A stretch of 63,558 nt of DNA, counting the filler, from Octopus bimaculoides (Eukaryota), in the NCBI RefSeq assembly GCF_001194135.2. It is 5 parts of 4 records of this genome, joined end to end, with 100 filler letters (N's around TTAATTAATTAA, not from the genome) between each part and the next. Parts side by side here need not be neighbours in the genome. Positions count along the whole stretch, not along the records: positions 1 to 24,614 come from NC_068983.1; positions 24,715 to 36,891 come from NC_068983.1; 3 more parts are not named here. One strand, 5' to 3'. The notes beneath the pieces were generated by a model. It was given only the letters and a program-made list of their open reading frames with translations, was not told where the DNA came from and made no database searches. Shown here one piece after another: positions 13,852 to 27,230 of the stretch (the first letter of the stretch is position 1; each line of letters opens with the position of its first letter). Position numbers and translations under genes: made by a program.

Positions 13852-14723
13852 NNNNNNNNNNNNNNNNNNNNNNNNNNNNNNNNNNNNNNNNNNNNNNNNN
13901 NNNNNNNNNNNNNNNNNNNNNNNNNNNNNNNNNNNNNNNNNNNNNNNNNNNNNNNNNNNNNNNNNNNNNNNNNNNNNNNNNNNNNNNNNNNNNNNNNNNN
14001 NNNNNNNNNNNNNNNNNNNNNNNNNNNNNNNNNNNNNNNNNNNNNNNNNNNNNNNNNNNNNNNNNNNNNNNNNNNNNNNNNNNNNNNNNNNNNNNNNNNN
14101 NNNNNNNNNNNNNNNNNNNNNNNNNNNNNNNNNNNNNNNNNNNNNNNNNNNNNNNNNNNNNNNNNNNNNNNNNNNNNNNNNNNNNNNNNNNNTGTGTGTG
14201 TGTGTGTGTATGCTTCAATTAATTTCAATACATTACTGCTCTATGCTTTAGAGTGTGCTTCTTTTTCGGATATATAAATTTGCTGATTGCGTGAGTGTCA
14301 GTTCTGTATGACACACACGCACTCAGCAATTTTTTTTAAAAGCATAAACAGCCTTCAAAACAAAGAATAACGTTGGTGTCAGGGACCATGTACGTATGGG
14401 AATGTCTGTGTATACATATATGTATGTGTGCACGTAAGTGTGAGGGGATAGATGAATATATACACACATATGTACTCACATATATTTGTGCTTTTAAATC
14501 CTTTGATATCCAAGTATGGTTATGCACACAGACACAGACTTGTGTATTGGAGTGTCAATAACTATTTGTATGACCTTATATACTGTTTGTAGGCTTTTTA
14601 TGTGCCTTATATTTTTATATTTTCATTTTTCATTTATTTATTTTATTTTTACTGTATTCTTATTTTTATTTTTATTTCTATTTTATTATTATCTTTTACT
14701 TTATATTTGTGTTGAATTTTTGT

Positions 14724-14854
14724 GAATCTCTGAAGAGGCCTAGCGAATCATGCATGTACCCCCATTTCAGCATTTCATCTGCTAATTACTCCGGCAGGAA
14801 CAATTCGGATAGAATGGGGCATGCCAACGCTAGGCCGAAACAGCTGTAAGTTTC
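14724..14854 (+). ncRNA. Type I hammerhead ribozyme with extended stem II (family H2), in a Penelope-pLTR-like T-rich context
   Basis: Core CTGAAGA 14730-14736. Perfect 9-bp stem II GGCCTAGCG 14737-14745 / CGCTAGGCC 14828-14836. GAAA 14837-14840. Palindrome ACAGCTGT 14840-14847. GUA cleavage after 14848. Stem I GAATCT/AGTTTC (5 of 6 pairs). Confidence 0.8.
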
Positions 14855-15281
14855 TGTTTATTCTCAAATTCCTAATGTACTTTATATTTGTAACCTCGGT
14901 TGTTAATATAACATGGTATGTCATAACCATTTGTATTTTATGGTTTTTGTCATTTTAGTTACAAAATAAGTTAATTAATTCAACAGAATACACTGTCTGC
15001 AAGTCGTTGAGTACCGCATATTCTCCTCCATTTTCTAATTGCTATATAAATATATGGTAAAATAACCCCCCTTTTNNNNNNNNNNNNNNNNNNNNNNNNN
15101 NNNNNNNNNNNNNNNNNNNNNNNNNNNNNNNNNNNNNNNNNNNNNNNNNNNNNNNNNNNNNNNNNNNNNNNNNNNNNNNNNNNNNNNNNNNNNNNNNNNN
15201 NNNNNNNNNNNNNNNNNNNNNNNNNNNNNNNNNNNNNNNNNNNNNNNNNNNNNNNNNNNNNNNNNNNNNNNNNNNNNNNNN

Positions 15282-15317
<36 letters not shown>

Positions 15318-15345
15318 TGTGTGTGTGTGCGTGTGTATGTGTGTA

Positions 15346-15376
<31 letters not shown>

Positions 15377-17269
15377 TTATGCATGTATGTATATATTAGT
15401 TATAACTTATTTATTTATTTATCATATCATTTATTTTCTTATGAATATAATGACATATTTAAAGAGCCAAGTAATATGTGTTAGAAAATTTTCCTAGTTT
15501 GTTTATTGAAGCTGTACATTTTAAATTATTTTATTGTTGCAAAAAAAAACCCGAAAATATTTAAGTTAACAAGGTTTTTAGAAGAGGTAGTATTAGCATA
15601 GCGTTTAATGTGTTTTAATTATTATTAAAAGATCTTTGCAGCTATAAGAATTTTATTATAATGTTTTGACTGAACTCATTTCTTAAGAGAATAAATGAAT
15701 GAAAAGGCTATAAAATTTGGAGATTAGGAAGAATTAGCATCTTTCTTTTCAGGCAAATTACTTTAACATTCTAATTGATTGTAAAATATAAAATTGTTAT
15801 CACATAAAAAGTAAAGAAAATAGGAAAATAATCTCATATATAATATTTTCATTAAATTAAATTTTCATTAAATATTACTGAGACTGGAGGGAAAAACTCT
15901 ACAAATGTTTTTCTTTCAATTGTCATTTGGGAATATTGAAGTAACTTTTAAATATTAATCAGAATTCATTTCTAACTGGAAAAGAACCTTATCCATGAAC
16001 TTTATTTGAGAAACCACGGCAGGATTATACTAAATATTCAATAGATACACGTATTTTAATCACATCCATTTGGAAACTTTTATTACATCTATAAATTATG
16101 ATAAAGCATTGGAAATTAATCACATGCTGAAAAGAAATAGGATTTCTAATAATTTAAAGCATTGTAACATGGACCTATCAACTTTTATTTTACTTATTTT
16201 GGCCGAGAATGAGGTTATGATGATATTTGGAGAAGACCACCGTAGACGGATTAGATCGAATTGGTTAATATTCTCTTGAACGTTGCAGGTTAACGTCCGC
16301 GAGAACAAACAAATATTCACAGGTGAACTTTCTACAGATAACATTCTTTGGAAGTAGGAATGGGATTGGGTTACAGTAAAACAACAGAAAGAGACAATGT
16401 GTTCTCTATATATCCATTATATATCTATAGATTAGTGACATGTTGTAAAGATAAACATTTGCTTTTAAAGTGATTTATCTGTTATCATTACTAGAATTGT
16501 TTATATCTATACCTTCTTACTATATTATTTTCACGAAAATTAACGTAAGAAAAACGTATTTTCAAGCATTAGAGAGGAATTTACAGCATATATTATCTAA
16601 TATAAAGTAATTTATTACTATCTAAATGAGAACCGGAAGGAAAAAAACAACAAAATATCTTTGGACGAAGTGCAAAGCCAATGATCATAAAGTGGTAAAA
16701 ACAAAGCGCATGTGGATAAGGCAGATTTTTGAGCCGAGGTCGTTTATCAACAAAGAACAAGGAAAATAAATGGAAGACAAATACGATAATGAGTCATATA
16801 TGTAACGTTCTTGAATGGCAGACAGGGAATAAACCGAAGTAGCGGGTAAAGAGGCTGGAAAAATTAATAAATTGCAAAGGAAATTTACCAGACCTGTGAG
16901 AAGACAAATGAAATGTGTAAGAAATAGATCTAAGTGTGTGTGAATTAGGGTTATGCTTGTGTTGCACGGTCAGAAGCCATCTTTCTACCGATTCTTAGAT
17001 CCTATGCTGGCACTAGTTTTTGTCCTTTGAGGCTTCCCCCTCCAACACCGGTTGTAAAGTGGTGGGTGGAGGGACAAACACAAAAACTGACATATTTCAT
17101 CATGCACGCACGCACACGCCCACACACATACGCACACACACATACACACAGACAGACACACAGAGACACACGCACACAGAAACACACATACACACACACA
17201 TATGTACGATGGGCTTATTTCTTATGTCTGTCTACTGAATCGAATCACAAGTCTTTATTCGGCCCAAAG

Positions 17270-17560
17270 CAATAGAAGAAAACACATGCCCCAGGTGCTA
17301 CTGGGACTTCTTCCTGCACATCCTAAACTGAACCTCAACATATCTGCAGCTGCGCTCAGCCAGTCTCTGACCGACGTGTGGTCGAGCTCATAGCACTGGA
17401 AACTCCAGGGTTTCTCGGCCTCCGGATCATATCCCTGCTCACTGCTATCGGGGCGGAAATGGCTATCTGCAAGTATGAGACCCCTGAATCAGAGTGGCTG
17501 TTCCAGCGCATCTCTCTCTCCATCCTCCGGGGCAACTTCTTTTCCATTTTGTCTGCTGAG
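17270..17560 (+). mobile_element. CRE-like (RLE) non-LTR retrotransposon C-terminal remnant
   Basis: ELIALETPGFLG...EWLFQRISLSILRGNFFSILSA resembles the P(L/I)AVET.G and FLFQRISVAIQRGN motifs. WDF..STYL upstream in another frame. Confidence 0.7.
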
Positions 17561-17931
17561 ACCATGAGAAGGACTGACAGACCTGGGTTTGATAAATCTG
17601 GTGATTAGTTACGCCTATACTGCATACCTGTTTCAAACACCGGCACAACTTCACATATCTATCTTTTATACATAATCCCTCAATTCTCATAATGCTTCTG
17701 ATGAAGTGGTATACACACAAGATTAAGTAAAGTTAATTAGAGATAATCATTATTTAATTATCACTGAGACACATGTAAAATGCTATAAGTAAATATTTCA
17801 CACTTTACTTCTTTCTTGAGCTATTTTTATGTGTGTCTGTGTACATATAAAGTTTATATAGCATTTAAAACACTGAGAAGCATATTTGGTACGGGCTCTT
17901 GTCGGCTAGCGGTGTGTGTGTGTATGTGTGT

Positions 17932-17972
<41 letters not shown>

Positions 17973-18639
17973 TGTGTGTGCGTGTGTGTTACGCAGACAC
18001 TTTGATATGCTTACTGCTTCTGTTTGAAATATAAACGGTAATGAATAATCACAGCTTCAAAAATGTTTCATTAATTAGCGTTAATTAACTTTCAATAAGT
18101 TTCCAAAAGTCACAGATGCTTTATATAATTTGTAAAATATTATAAGTAATGGAATTAGTTATCATTATATCTTCTTTGTTCATCTTAATTACACTTATGA
18201 ATTATAGCTATTAAAATGGTTTATAATTGATAGTTTTGTCTTTAAAAAGTCTCTAACCTTTGAAGACTAAATGTTTTGTTTAAAATTAAGAAATTGATAA
18301 TTTCAGAAAATTCTCTATATCTTTCTTTGTCCAAGAAGTCTTCCTACTTTTTTTTTATTTCACTATCTCTACGTCTTCCTCTCTCTCTCACTCTCTCTCT
18401 CTTTTATTTATTTCTCTCTCTCCCTCTCTCTTTCTAACTCACTCACTCTCTCAGTCGCACTCTTATATGCATATGTGCACGTGTGTATGTGTGTCCGTTC
18501 ACCTGCGATACAAACCTCCTACGCCTCATCCGTAACTCGTCTCTCCTGTCCAGATTTCATGATATACTCACATAACTCAAACACTATTTGAGAGGTTGGT
18601 ATGTTTTGCACATATAGATCACTCTTACCTGTCCTGCTC

Positions 18640-19300
18640 TTATATGAGAAGCTGCAATTCATATTTATCTAGCTTCAGAATACCCTTCCTTCTCGTCTCT
18701 CAAAACAGATTTTATGTCCAGCAAATGTGATGGGTTGGGAATTGTTTCCCATTCAAAGTGCTCCAGCCTTTGGAATGTCATCGTCGCTGTATATTGCCGA
18801 GTATTATCCAGATGGAAGAACTCCTTTCATCTTCAAACCAAAGATAGACGTTTTTCTTCTAGCGCTGACTTAAGCCGCAAAAGCTGTTCGCAGTAGATCT
18901 CCTTTGTTATCATTTCGCTTGGGTTTAAAAGTTCAATGTGGACTTAACCTTTCATATCCTAACAAACAGATAACAACACCTTACGGGGTTGAAAACCTTC
19001 TTTAGCCTAGGGTGCTGGTGTTTCGCCTTTCCCTATCCACTGTCTTCGGCGCTTGAAATTTTTATAGAGGACTCATTTCTCGTCACCAGTCACTATTCGT
19101 TCCATAAAAGGTCCATTCGTGAGATGTGACAGCAAAGAAGAGCACACATTCACTCTCTGCACGCAATTAGACTCGGAAACTTTGACTCAGAAGCATTGAC
19201 TCAATTTGCTGACTCGTCTTCTAGGCTTTAAATTCCTGCTCGGAATTTCTGGAGCCACCGTTAACACTGGCATAAGCTTACTGTCCGATCCCCATATAAT
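18640..19300 (-). mobile_element. Decayed mariner (DD34D-type) transposase
   Basis: Minus strand reads RW.QKFRAG...RIVTGDEK*VLYKN.KRRRQW...KVLLSV..DMKG.VH.ELL...IYCEQL.RLK.AL.EKR...HLDNTR..T...EWETIP.PS, with stops and deletions. Confidence 0.85.
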
Positions 19301-19830
19301 GCGTTAATATTCCTTACACTTTCTGTTGTGTTGCTGCCTTTATTATACTCATAAAGCTAAATATGCTGAATATGCTCCTTTGTCACTTCCATAATAGCTA
19401 TGAAAAAATAACTGGTAAAATCGCACTGCACTCTTCAAAACTTGAACTGAGAATAAGAGTAAAGTATAATTACTACCTACTTTTATAGTAAGTTGATGCA
19501 AATAGTTTATCCCGTCTCACTCCAACTTTTAGTTCAAGCAATTGAAAAAAACGACATTTTTTATGTAAAGACCCAATATTTACTTCACTATTCTTTAGAG
19601 TGTGCGTCTTTTCTGACATATGTTTTATTGACAATACATATAGATATAGGTATATGCATGCATATATATTATATACATATGTGTGTGTATGCGTAAATAT
19701 CTATATATGCATNNNNNNNNNNNNNNNNNNNNNNNNNNNNNNNNNNNNNNNNNNNNNNNNNNNNNNNNNNNNNNNNNNNNNNNNNNNNNNNNNNNNNNNN
19801 NNNNNNNNNNNNNNNTATATATATATATAC

Positions 19831-19861
<31 letters not shown>

Positions 19862-19932
19862 CATACACACACATATATATTATTTATACTATTTGCATTT
19901 GACGGATATTTGTCCTCATCTTGTTTGTTGTT

Positions 19933-19978
19933 AACACAATATTTCGGCTGATATACCCTCCAGCCTTCATCAGGTGTC
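19933..19978 (-). ncRNA. Minimal type I hammerhead ribozyme (family H1, second copy)
   Basis: Minus strand GACAC-CTGATGA-A-GGCTG-gagggtatat-CAGCC-GAAA-TAT-T|GTGTT. Helix III is the palindrome ATAT instead of ACGT. Confidence 0.72.
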
Positions 19979-20039
19979 TCGGGGAAATTTCGAACCTGGT
20001 TTCTCATTCCTACGGAATATTACCCACCATTGCACAAGA

Positions 20040-20640
20040 CTACCACAATCAACAGGCACAGAATGGCCACCCTTAAGACCAACACAGTCGTCACGCCAAT
20101 ATTTGTACCATATATTGGAGGCTTGTTGCATCACAACAAAAACAAAATCTTTTTTCTGGGAGACCTTGCTGCATGCAATCAAGCCAAAATATACCATACT
20201 GCGAATAGACAAAAGGGAAATAAATGGACCATGGAGGAGTTGCTGTATACATCCGTGATGGTCTCACATCCCAGGGCCTATTGTTATACTCAAATTCAGT
20301 ATGTGACATTCTAGTTATATACATAAGACAAGTCAGTATAGTTATATGCAATACATATCGCCCATTGGATGCTCCCAACCATGCGAGGAAGTTTGAAGAT
20401 TGCCTCACAAGAAAAAGGAAACCCTTATGAAAGCGGAACATTACGTGAGTGTGTTTCTTATGGGTGATTTCAACTTCCCCAGTGTCAAATGGCCGAGGGC
20501 CTTATGCTTTCAGGAATGACTCATCGCAAATAAGTACATGTGGAGTCCCTACTAAACCTCACCAATGCCCTATTCATGGAGCAAATTGTGCAGATAATGG
20601 TGGATATCTGTCAAGAGATATTCTCAAGGCACAGTGGTAG
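20040..20640 (+). mobile_element. CR1/L2-type LINE fragment, apurinic-like endonuclease domain
   Basis: HGGVAVYIRDG...NTYRPLD...FLMGDFNFPSVKW...LLNLTNALFMEQIV, frameshifted with stops. Confidence 0.85.
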
Positions 20641-21062
20641 GTATGTATGTGAGGTTATGCAGAGAATTGGATTAGATGGGGGTAGAAATGAAAGTTTTAT
20701 AACAATGTGAGGGCATTAAGAGAGATAGACGATGAAAGAACTCTAAGGATGGAGGAGAGCATGGTTGGGGGAAGATAATGAGGAACGGACATGGTTTTAT
20801 ATATACATATAATCATTTCCTATTGGTTAGGCTATTGTACTCACGATCTCTAGATCGTGGGTTCGATTACCTGACGTGGCGGTGCGTTGTGTTCTTCATT
20901 TCTCGTTGCCCCAGTTCTCTTTTCGATCAAGGGAAAATTCTGACCTGCGCACCTGGCCAGCGGGCTGGCGACATTTGAAGGCTAAAACAATGCAAAAAGC
21001 AAATGTGATCAGTGATGTGTATCAACACCTGTTAACTTGATCGATCAGGTGATCATATATAT

Positions 21063-21107
<45 letters not shown>

Positions 21108-21129
21108 TGTATATTTGCTGGACATGCAA

Positions 21130-21430
21130 CGTAAGTGTTTCTGTGCGACAGAGTGCTAGTGTATTGAGAGAAACGTTAGACATAAGAGGAATTAGATGCA
21201 CTGTGCAAGAGAGAACATTGTGCAGGTTTGGTAATGTAATACAGTTGGATGTCGAAATCTCAATAAAAAATGTCTAGCACACCAAGTGGATAGAACTCGT
21301 GGAAGAGGGAGACCCAGGTTGATATGGACATAACTACTAAACGACGACCACAAGAGACTGAATCTTACAGATTAAATAACAAAGAACCGAGATATTTGCC
21401 ACCTTGTACTCAAGAAGTCTCGTTCTCCAC
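21130..21430 (+). mobile_element. RTE LINE 3' end remnant
   Basis: LRETLDIRGIRCTVQER.L..FG.V, then (other frame) RGRGRPRLIWT..L.DD..RLNL. Confidence 0.75.
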
Positions 21431-22119
21431 AGAAAATGTATTAATGCTGTTTGCCCGGATGAAGTTTATTGTCCTGCAAGAACTCTGTGCCAGTAAACTA
21501 TAAAATTACTTGTGTCGGTGCCATGTTAAAAGCACCCGACACATACTGTAAAATTGTTGACATTAGGAAGGGTATCGAGCTATAGAAAAGAAGCCTTTAT
21601 GCAGTCATCTGGGCTGCTAGAAATAACTGAAAATGTTGCACATATTACAGCCTTATTTTTTATGTAAAGAAGAACACATTTGAAATGAAGCTCATGTTAT
21701 AATAAAATATCGAAATAATTTTGTATCGCTGATCTGGTCTCTTGGGCTTAATCTGTGTCCATCAAATAGATAAACATAAATAAACTTTATTAGTGCTATG
21801 GGCTACACTGGATATAAACAATAATTTCAGTGAGTAATATACGGCTATATAATTGAAAAAATACTTGCTACATACTTAATATTTCTTCTCGTTTCATTCA
21901 AGGGTTTTAATCAAACATACCAATCACCATCACTTACTTCAGCCTGGCACATATTTTATTGATGTCTATTTGTCAAAATGCTCCATAATGGGACATGAAA
22001 GAGCAAAACCTAATCAACAGCACTGACACGAGTTTTACACATACATGAACATAAATACACACACACACCACACAAAACACAATTTATGCTTGTGTATGTA
22101 TGTAAATACTTATAACAAT

Positions 22120-22340
22120 TGGGCGGCGAGCTGGCAGAATCGTTAGTACGCCAGGCGGAACGCTTGGTGGCATTTCGTCTGTCATTACGTTCTGGGTTCA
22201 AATTCCGGCGAGGTCGACTTTACCTTTCATCTTTTCGGGGTTAACCGAAACACTGATTACCAGTTAAACACTGAGTTCGATGTAAAATAGTCCCTCCCCA
22301 CAAAATTTCAAGCCAAGTTCCTTTCTTTAGTAGAAAGGAA
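22120..22340 (+). mobile_element. tRNA-derived SINE, family C
   Basis: Head ggcgagctggcagaatcgttag...gggttcaaattcc (A/B boxes), then ggtcgactttacctttcatcttttcgggg central domain. Further copies at about 31370-31580, 57478-57710 and 58240-58750 (all minus). Confidence 0.75.
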
Positions 22341-23394
22341 GGTTAATTGGTAGTATGTTACAAAAGTGACTTAAAGGCTGAAAGTCTTGTTGATGGAACA
22401 ATATATACAGTAATGTTTCGATATCCGAGTTAATTTGTGCTGAGAGCGCTCGTAAAGCAGAGCAATAATTTTCCATAGTAGCAATGTTATAAATTGTAAT
22501 TCGTTAGCAGAAAGATATTTTACCTGTAAAATTTATAATACTCGTAAATAGATGGCAATAACATGTAAAGATGACAATAACATTTAAATAGATGGCAGTA
22601 ACATGTAAAGAATATTTTATGTAAAATAAAAAAAAAATGTCGAGATCATTTATAATAAAAACTATTATTATTATCGTTTTCGGCATGAGTTTCACTCGCA
22701 CTAGAATCGCGCACACCATCACTTGTTAAATGTGATCGCCGATTCACAAGCGCTCGTAGATGGACTTGTAGATATATTTTTTAAAAAAGCAATTCTACAA
22801 TTGTTTGGTTGAAAGAAGCTTTGTTTCGCTCTTTATGTGGTAGCAGACCACGAAACATGGTTGAAATTCCATTCCTAAATTTCTCGGTAACACAAGAAGC
22901 ATTTTTTATGGCAGTAGAAACCTTTGCACTTGTATCTTGAGCTTCAAAAATAAAACTCTTAAACTCTGGGTTTCGTAAGCGAGTTCTCGTAACGTGAGGG
23001 GTTATTATATGCGTGTTTTTGTGTGAGTGAGAGTGTGTGTGTATGTATGTGTGTGTATACATGTGTGTGTATAAATATACATACGTACATACATACATAC
23101 ATTCGCTCATACATACGTACATAGCTATAATAATGAAGTCAAATCAAATAGTGATGTTTTGAAATCAGTTAATACGTACGGTCCATGTTTGCATAATATA
23201 TAATAGGAAACGCATCCATTACGTAAACCTTCCTCGTATTAGCAACTAATACGGCTCAATGCGAGTACAAACAAGCTAGCCATTCCTCCTTTTATGCGGA
23301 TGCTCTAACAACGATTCTATGTAGTTATATTTGACATCAGTTGATAATTCTAGTATCATGCACCACTTCCAATTCTTTGCATAGCACGAATGAT

Positions 23395-23430
<36 letters not shown>

Positions 23431-24241
23431 GCATACATACATACACACACATATATATATATATATATACATACATACATACAAACATACATACATACAT
23501 ACATACATACATACATACATACATACATGCATACTATGCTGCTCTGGAAGATGCAGGCGTGAAAAAGCTTTCTTTTTTCTTATTCTTTTTTTTTTTACAG
23601 TATTTCTGATATGAGATATCTCCCCTTTTCATGGTACTAGCGACCCTGAAGGAATGAAAATTAAACTTGATCTCTTTTGCATTTACCAATGTTCTCAGTT
23701 ACAACCTACAAAATTACACATTGTAGACAAGGCCACTGAAATGTATAGTGGCGAAGCTTACTGCTTACATACTAGGCAATTCCTGATACGTTATAATAGG
23801 AAAAATATTTATATCAAAATATCTATTAGAGAAAATTACTGAATGTTTGTTTGTTGTTATAATAAAAGTTATATTCATTATATTGAAATTGTGCAATTGA
23901 TAGATTGCCAGAAAAAATGCTACAGTGTGTGAATGATAGTATGATCAATTTGGAAATAAAAGCAAAATGAAATCATCAACAGAAAAGAAAAAAATGAATG
24001 GCCGTTTTAGTGATGACAGAAGTTGCGTGAATAATAACTAAAAGGAATACTGAATCTCTCATGTTATTTGTGAGTCAGAAAAGAGTAATCTGAAAGACAA
24101 GCAAATAAACTGATGTGACTGTTAAAGATTAAAGGAAATGGTAAATACCAGATAGAATAGGTAATATAGAAACAAAAAAAAGTAAAGAAATGTTTTACAC
24201 ACTCTAACACATAAATACGCATACATACTCATGTGTGTGTG

Positions 24242-24299
<58 letters not shown>

Positions 24300-24614
24300 G
24301 AGAGAGAGAGTAAGGTCTATTTGCCAACGTAAAGTCACAGCCATGATTAGGACGGTGTTGTTATTTTTTTTTAAGCCCCAGGAAACATCTTTTCCAGCTG
24401 GCTACCAACCCACAACTGAGTCCTTATACCTCGAACAAGGGACCTAATATCTCCACTCAGCTTTAAACATTACCTGCTGACCAACGAATTCTAGGTTATT
24501 TCTCTTCAGCTTTGGCTGATTTGACATAGGAAAGTACTGACCAAAGCAGTGTTGGTGTGCAAAGTGAACTTCTTAACCATACAGTCAATCAGTCAATACA
24601 GTGACTATATATAT

Positions 24615-24714
24615 NNNNNNNNNNNNNNNNNNNNNNNNNNNNNNNNNNNNNNNNNNNNTTAATTAATTAANNNNNNNNNNNNNNNNNNNNNNNNNNNNNN
24701 NNNNNNNNNNNNNN
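24615..24714. other. Artificial 100-nt scaffold/concatenation spacer
   Basis: 44 N + TTAATTAATTAA (24659-24670, stops in all six frames) + 44 N. Confidence 0.95.
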
Positions 24715-24936
24715 GGCACATAAAAGACACCATTTCGAGCGTGGCCGTTTTCGTGCGGGTGACATGTAAAAGCACCCACTACACTCTCTGAGTGGTTGGC
24801 GTTAGGAAGGGCATCCAGCTGTAGAAACTCTGCCAAATCAGACTGGAGCCTGGTGTTGCCATCCGGTTTCACCAGTCCTCAGTCAAATCGTCCAACCCAT
24901 GCTAGCATGGAAAGCGGACGTTAAACGATGATGATA
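24715..24936 (+). mobile_element. SINE family D (3' part, GAT-repeat tail)
   Basis: aaaagcacccactacactc...ggttggcgttaggaagggcatccagctgtagaaactctgcc...gcatggaaagcggacgttaaacgatgatg. Near-identical inverted copies at about 41330-41530 and 45815-46015; older copies at about 28120-28305, 34120-34290, 35620-35900 and 50930-51125. Confidence 0.8.
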
Positions 24937-25627
24937 CATGCACACACACACATACACAATGTTTATCTTTATTTTTAAAATATATGTAAAGGTTAATGCT
25001 GAAGTAATATTAGAATTGTCTGGAAATTAAAGTACAAATGTGTTTTCTATATTTTTATTTTATAGTCTCTAAACGAAGCCGAACTAGCAGATTTACGTCA
25101 TTGGCATTATCACGTTATACAGTAAATATATTGTTTCCTAATTTTTACCATAATCATTTACTTGTAACTATCCAATTACACACACACATACATGCATACA
25201 CTGTTTCATCTCATATGCTAAGTTAATATTGTTAAAGCTTCTCCAGTGTCTTACTCTTACTTTTCCTCCTGCATTTCACATGACTTTCTCACTCAACAAG
25301 TGTCATTGTTTTCCATGGCATTATATCTTAGATGGGCGACCTAATCTGATCATCATCACATTTGATTGCACCCATCAGTCCACTGTGTTGCAGGTATATG
25401 TAGTAAGTCTCCAACCTGTGTATAACTTGTGAGTCATAGTTTCTTCCTTTGTTCCCTCACCTGCCAATCTCAGAAGTCCTGCAAAGTCAAGAGCAGTACC
25501 TTTCCTCCTCTGATGAAGCTATAAAAACCTTCACCCTTTTTTTTTTGTTTTTTAACTAACTTTAAAAATTGATTGCAGTGGATGTCATTATTATAGATAT
25601 TGTTGGTTTTGCTACTCACTACCACTC

Positions 25628-26019
25628 GTGTGGAGGCACAATGGCCCAGTGGTTAGGGCAGCAGACTCGCGGTCATAGGATCGCGGATCTGATTCCCAGT
25701 CCGGGCGTTGTGAGTGTTTATTGAACGAGAACACCTAAAGCTCCACGAGGCTCCGGCAGGGGATGGTGGCGAACCCTGCTGTACTCTTCCACCACAACTT
25801 TCTCTCACTCTTACTTCCTGTTTCTGTTGTGCCTGTAATTCAAAGGGTCAGCCTTGTCACACTGTGTCATGCTGAATATCCCCGAGAACTACGTTAAGGG
25901 TACACGTGTCTGTGGAGTGCTCAGCTACTTGCATGTTAATTTCACGAGCAGGCCGTTCCGTTGATCGGATCAACTGGAACCCTCGACGTCGTAAGCGATG
26001 GAGTGCCAACAACAACAAC
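25628..26019 (+). mobile_element. tRNA-derived SINE, family A (about 390 bp, AAC tail)
   Basis: Head tggcccagtggttagggcagc...ctgattcc. Near-identical full-length copy at 48501-48890. Confidence 0.85.
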
Positions 26020-26725
26020 CATTCCTGTCTGCTCTTGAGGCTACACATACACACTTATGTGACTTAGGTAATGTTGGTGCTGGTGGTGGTGGTATTGTCT
26101 ATGCATTTCAGAAACAAAAACATTCAGCAGTAATATAACATGTGAATATGTGGAATAATGTACCTTATTTGAAATTTAGGAAGGGTGGACATGAGGAAGA
26201 ACATCTGGGTATAGAATACTGCCTTGAAGATGTCTTGTCTTACCCATGCAAACAAGGAAATACAGACATGAAAATGACGATGATGATGATGATGTAATTC
26301 ATCAGATGGAGCTGTGTGTAAAATACACAACCTGTGTACTCATTAAGGTGTTAATTATTACATGAAACCCACTAGTGTAGCTAAAGTGTGTTGCCCAGTG
26401 TGGCCCTTCAGTTTGCCACCCCAGGCCACTGCAAAAAATACATATTGCCTACAGCAGACCTAAAAGTGGTGTTGCCTCTATAAAAATGCCGCTCGGGATG
26501 GATTGCCCCTTCTGCCCCCCTCTAGCTATGTTAGTGATGAGACCTTTCTTTCATGAAAATGAAATGTACTCTTGATTATACTTAGACATTCATGTGGGAG
26601 TGTAAGTAAGAAACAATTTTACAGCATTGAAATTTATTACATATATTTTTGTAGTAATATTACATTCATAATAAGAATTTCATATCCCATGAATTTTACA
26701 TTCAAATAGTGATTAATGTTTTTAG

Positions 26726-26877
26726 TTCTGATTTAGCCATTGAAGGTGTGACTTCAGCCTTAGCCAACCTATGTGAAAGCACCTTAAAACGTCTTCGATT
26801 GCAGTGTCCTCAGTTATATTTGGATGGCAAACACAATATATGGATCCTTAAACCAGGTGCCCAATCTCGAGGAAGGG
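26726..26877 (+). CDS. TTLL3: Tubulin monoglycylase TTLL3/TTLL8-like, internal exon A
   Basis: SDLAIEGVTSALANLCESTLKRLRLQCPQLYLDGKHNIWILKPGAQSRGR(G), containing the TTL-family NIWIxKP..SRGRG motif. Donor G|gttagt. Acceptor uncertain (26726 or 26737). Confidence 0.88.
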
Positions 26878-27004
26878 GTTAGTTATACATTTTTTTGTAA
26901 ACTTATTTTTTTGTACTTTGTATTGTTATTTGCTAGTTAAAATCTGCATGTTGTTTCATTGGGGAAAATCTATACCATAGTCTTTGAAAAATAGGAATAG
27001 CTTA

Positions 27005-27230
27005 TTAACCATTTAGCATTCAGATTATTCTGTCAAATACAATACTTATTTACATTGTTTTGAATTAATGATACATCATCTCATAGATTTTAGATTTCAA
27101 TGATGTAATAGTTTATTTTTGATATAACACTTTAGAGCAGGTGTGAGAGGTCAGATTTGGTTGGTTTGAACGTAAAACAGGTTGAATATTTGGGCTGGAT
27201 ATAGCTGGTTTAAGTTCTAAAAAAGGATTA
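27005..27230 (-). mobile_element. piggyBac-type MITE copy
   Basis: ttaaccatttagcattcag...aaaggattaa; same family as 34381-34600. Confidence 0.65.

Noticed and set aside
22781-23030. Minus-strand open stretch RTRLRNPEFKSFIFEAQ...NQTIVELLF*
   Set aside because: Protein-like composition but no recognisable family, a weak acceptor and no partner exons.
25332-25393. Candidate upstream TTLL exon (DGRPNLIIITFDCTHQSTVLQ)
   Set aside because: Ends in phase 0, incompatible with the 26726/26737 acceptors, and has no TTLL similarity.
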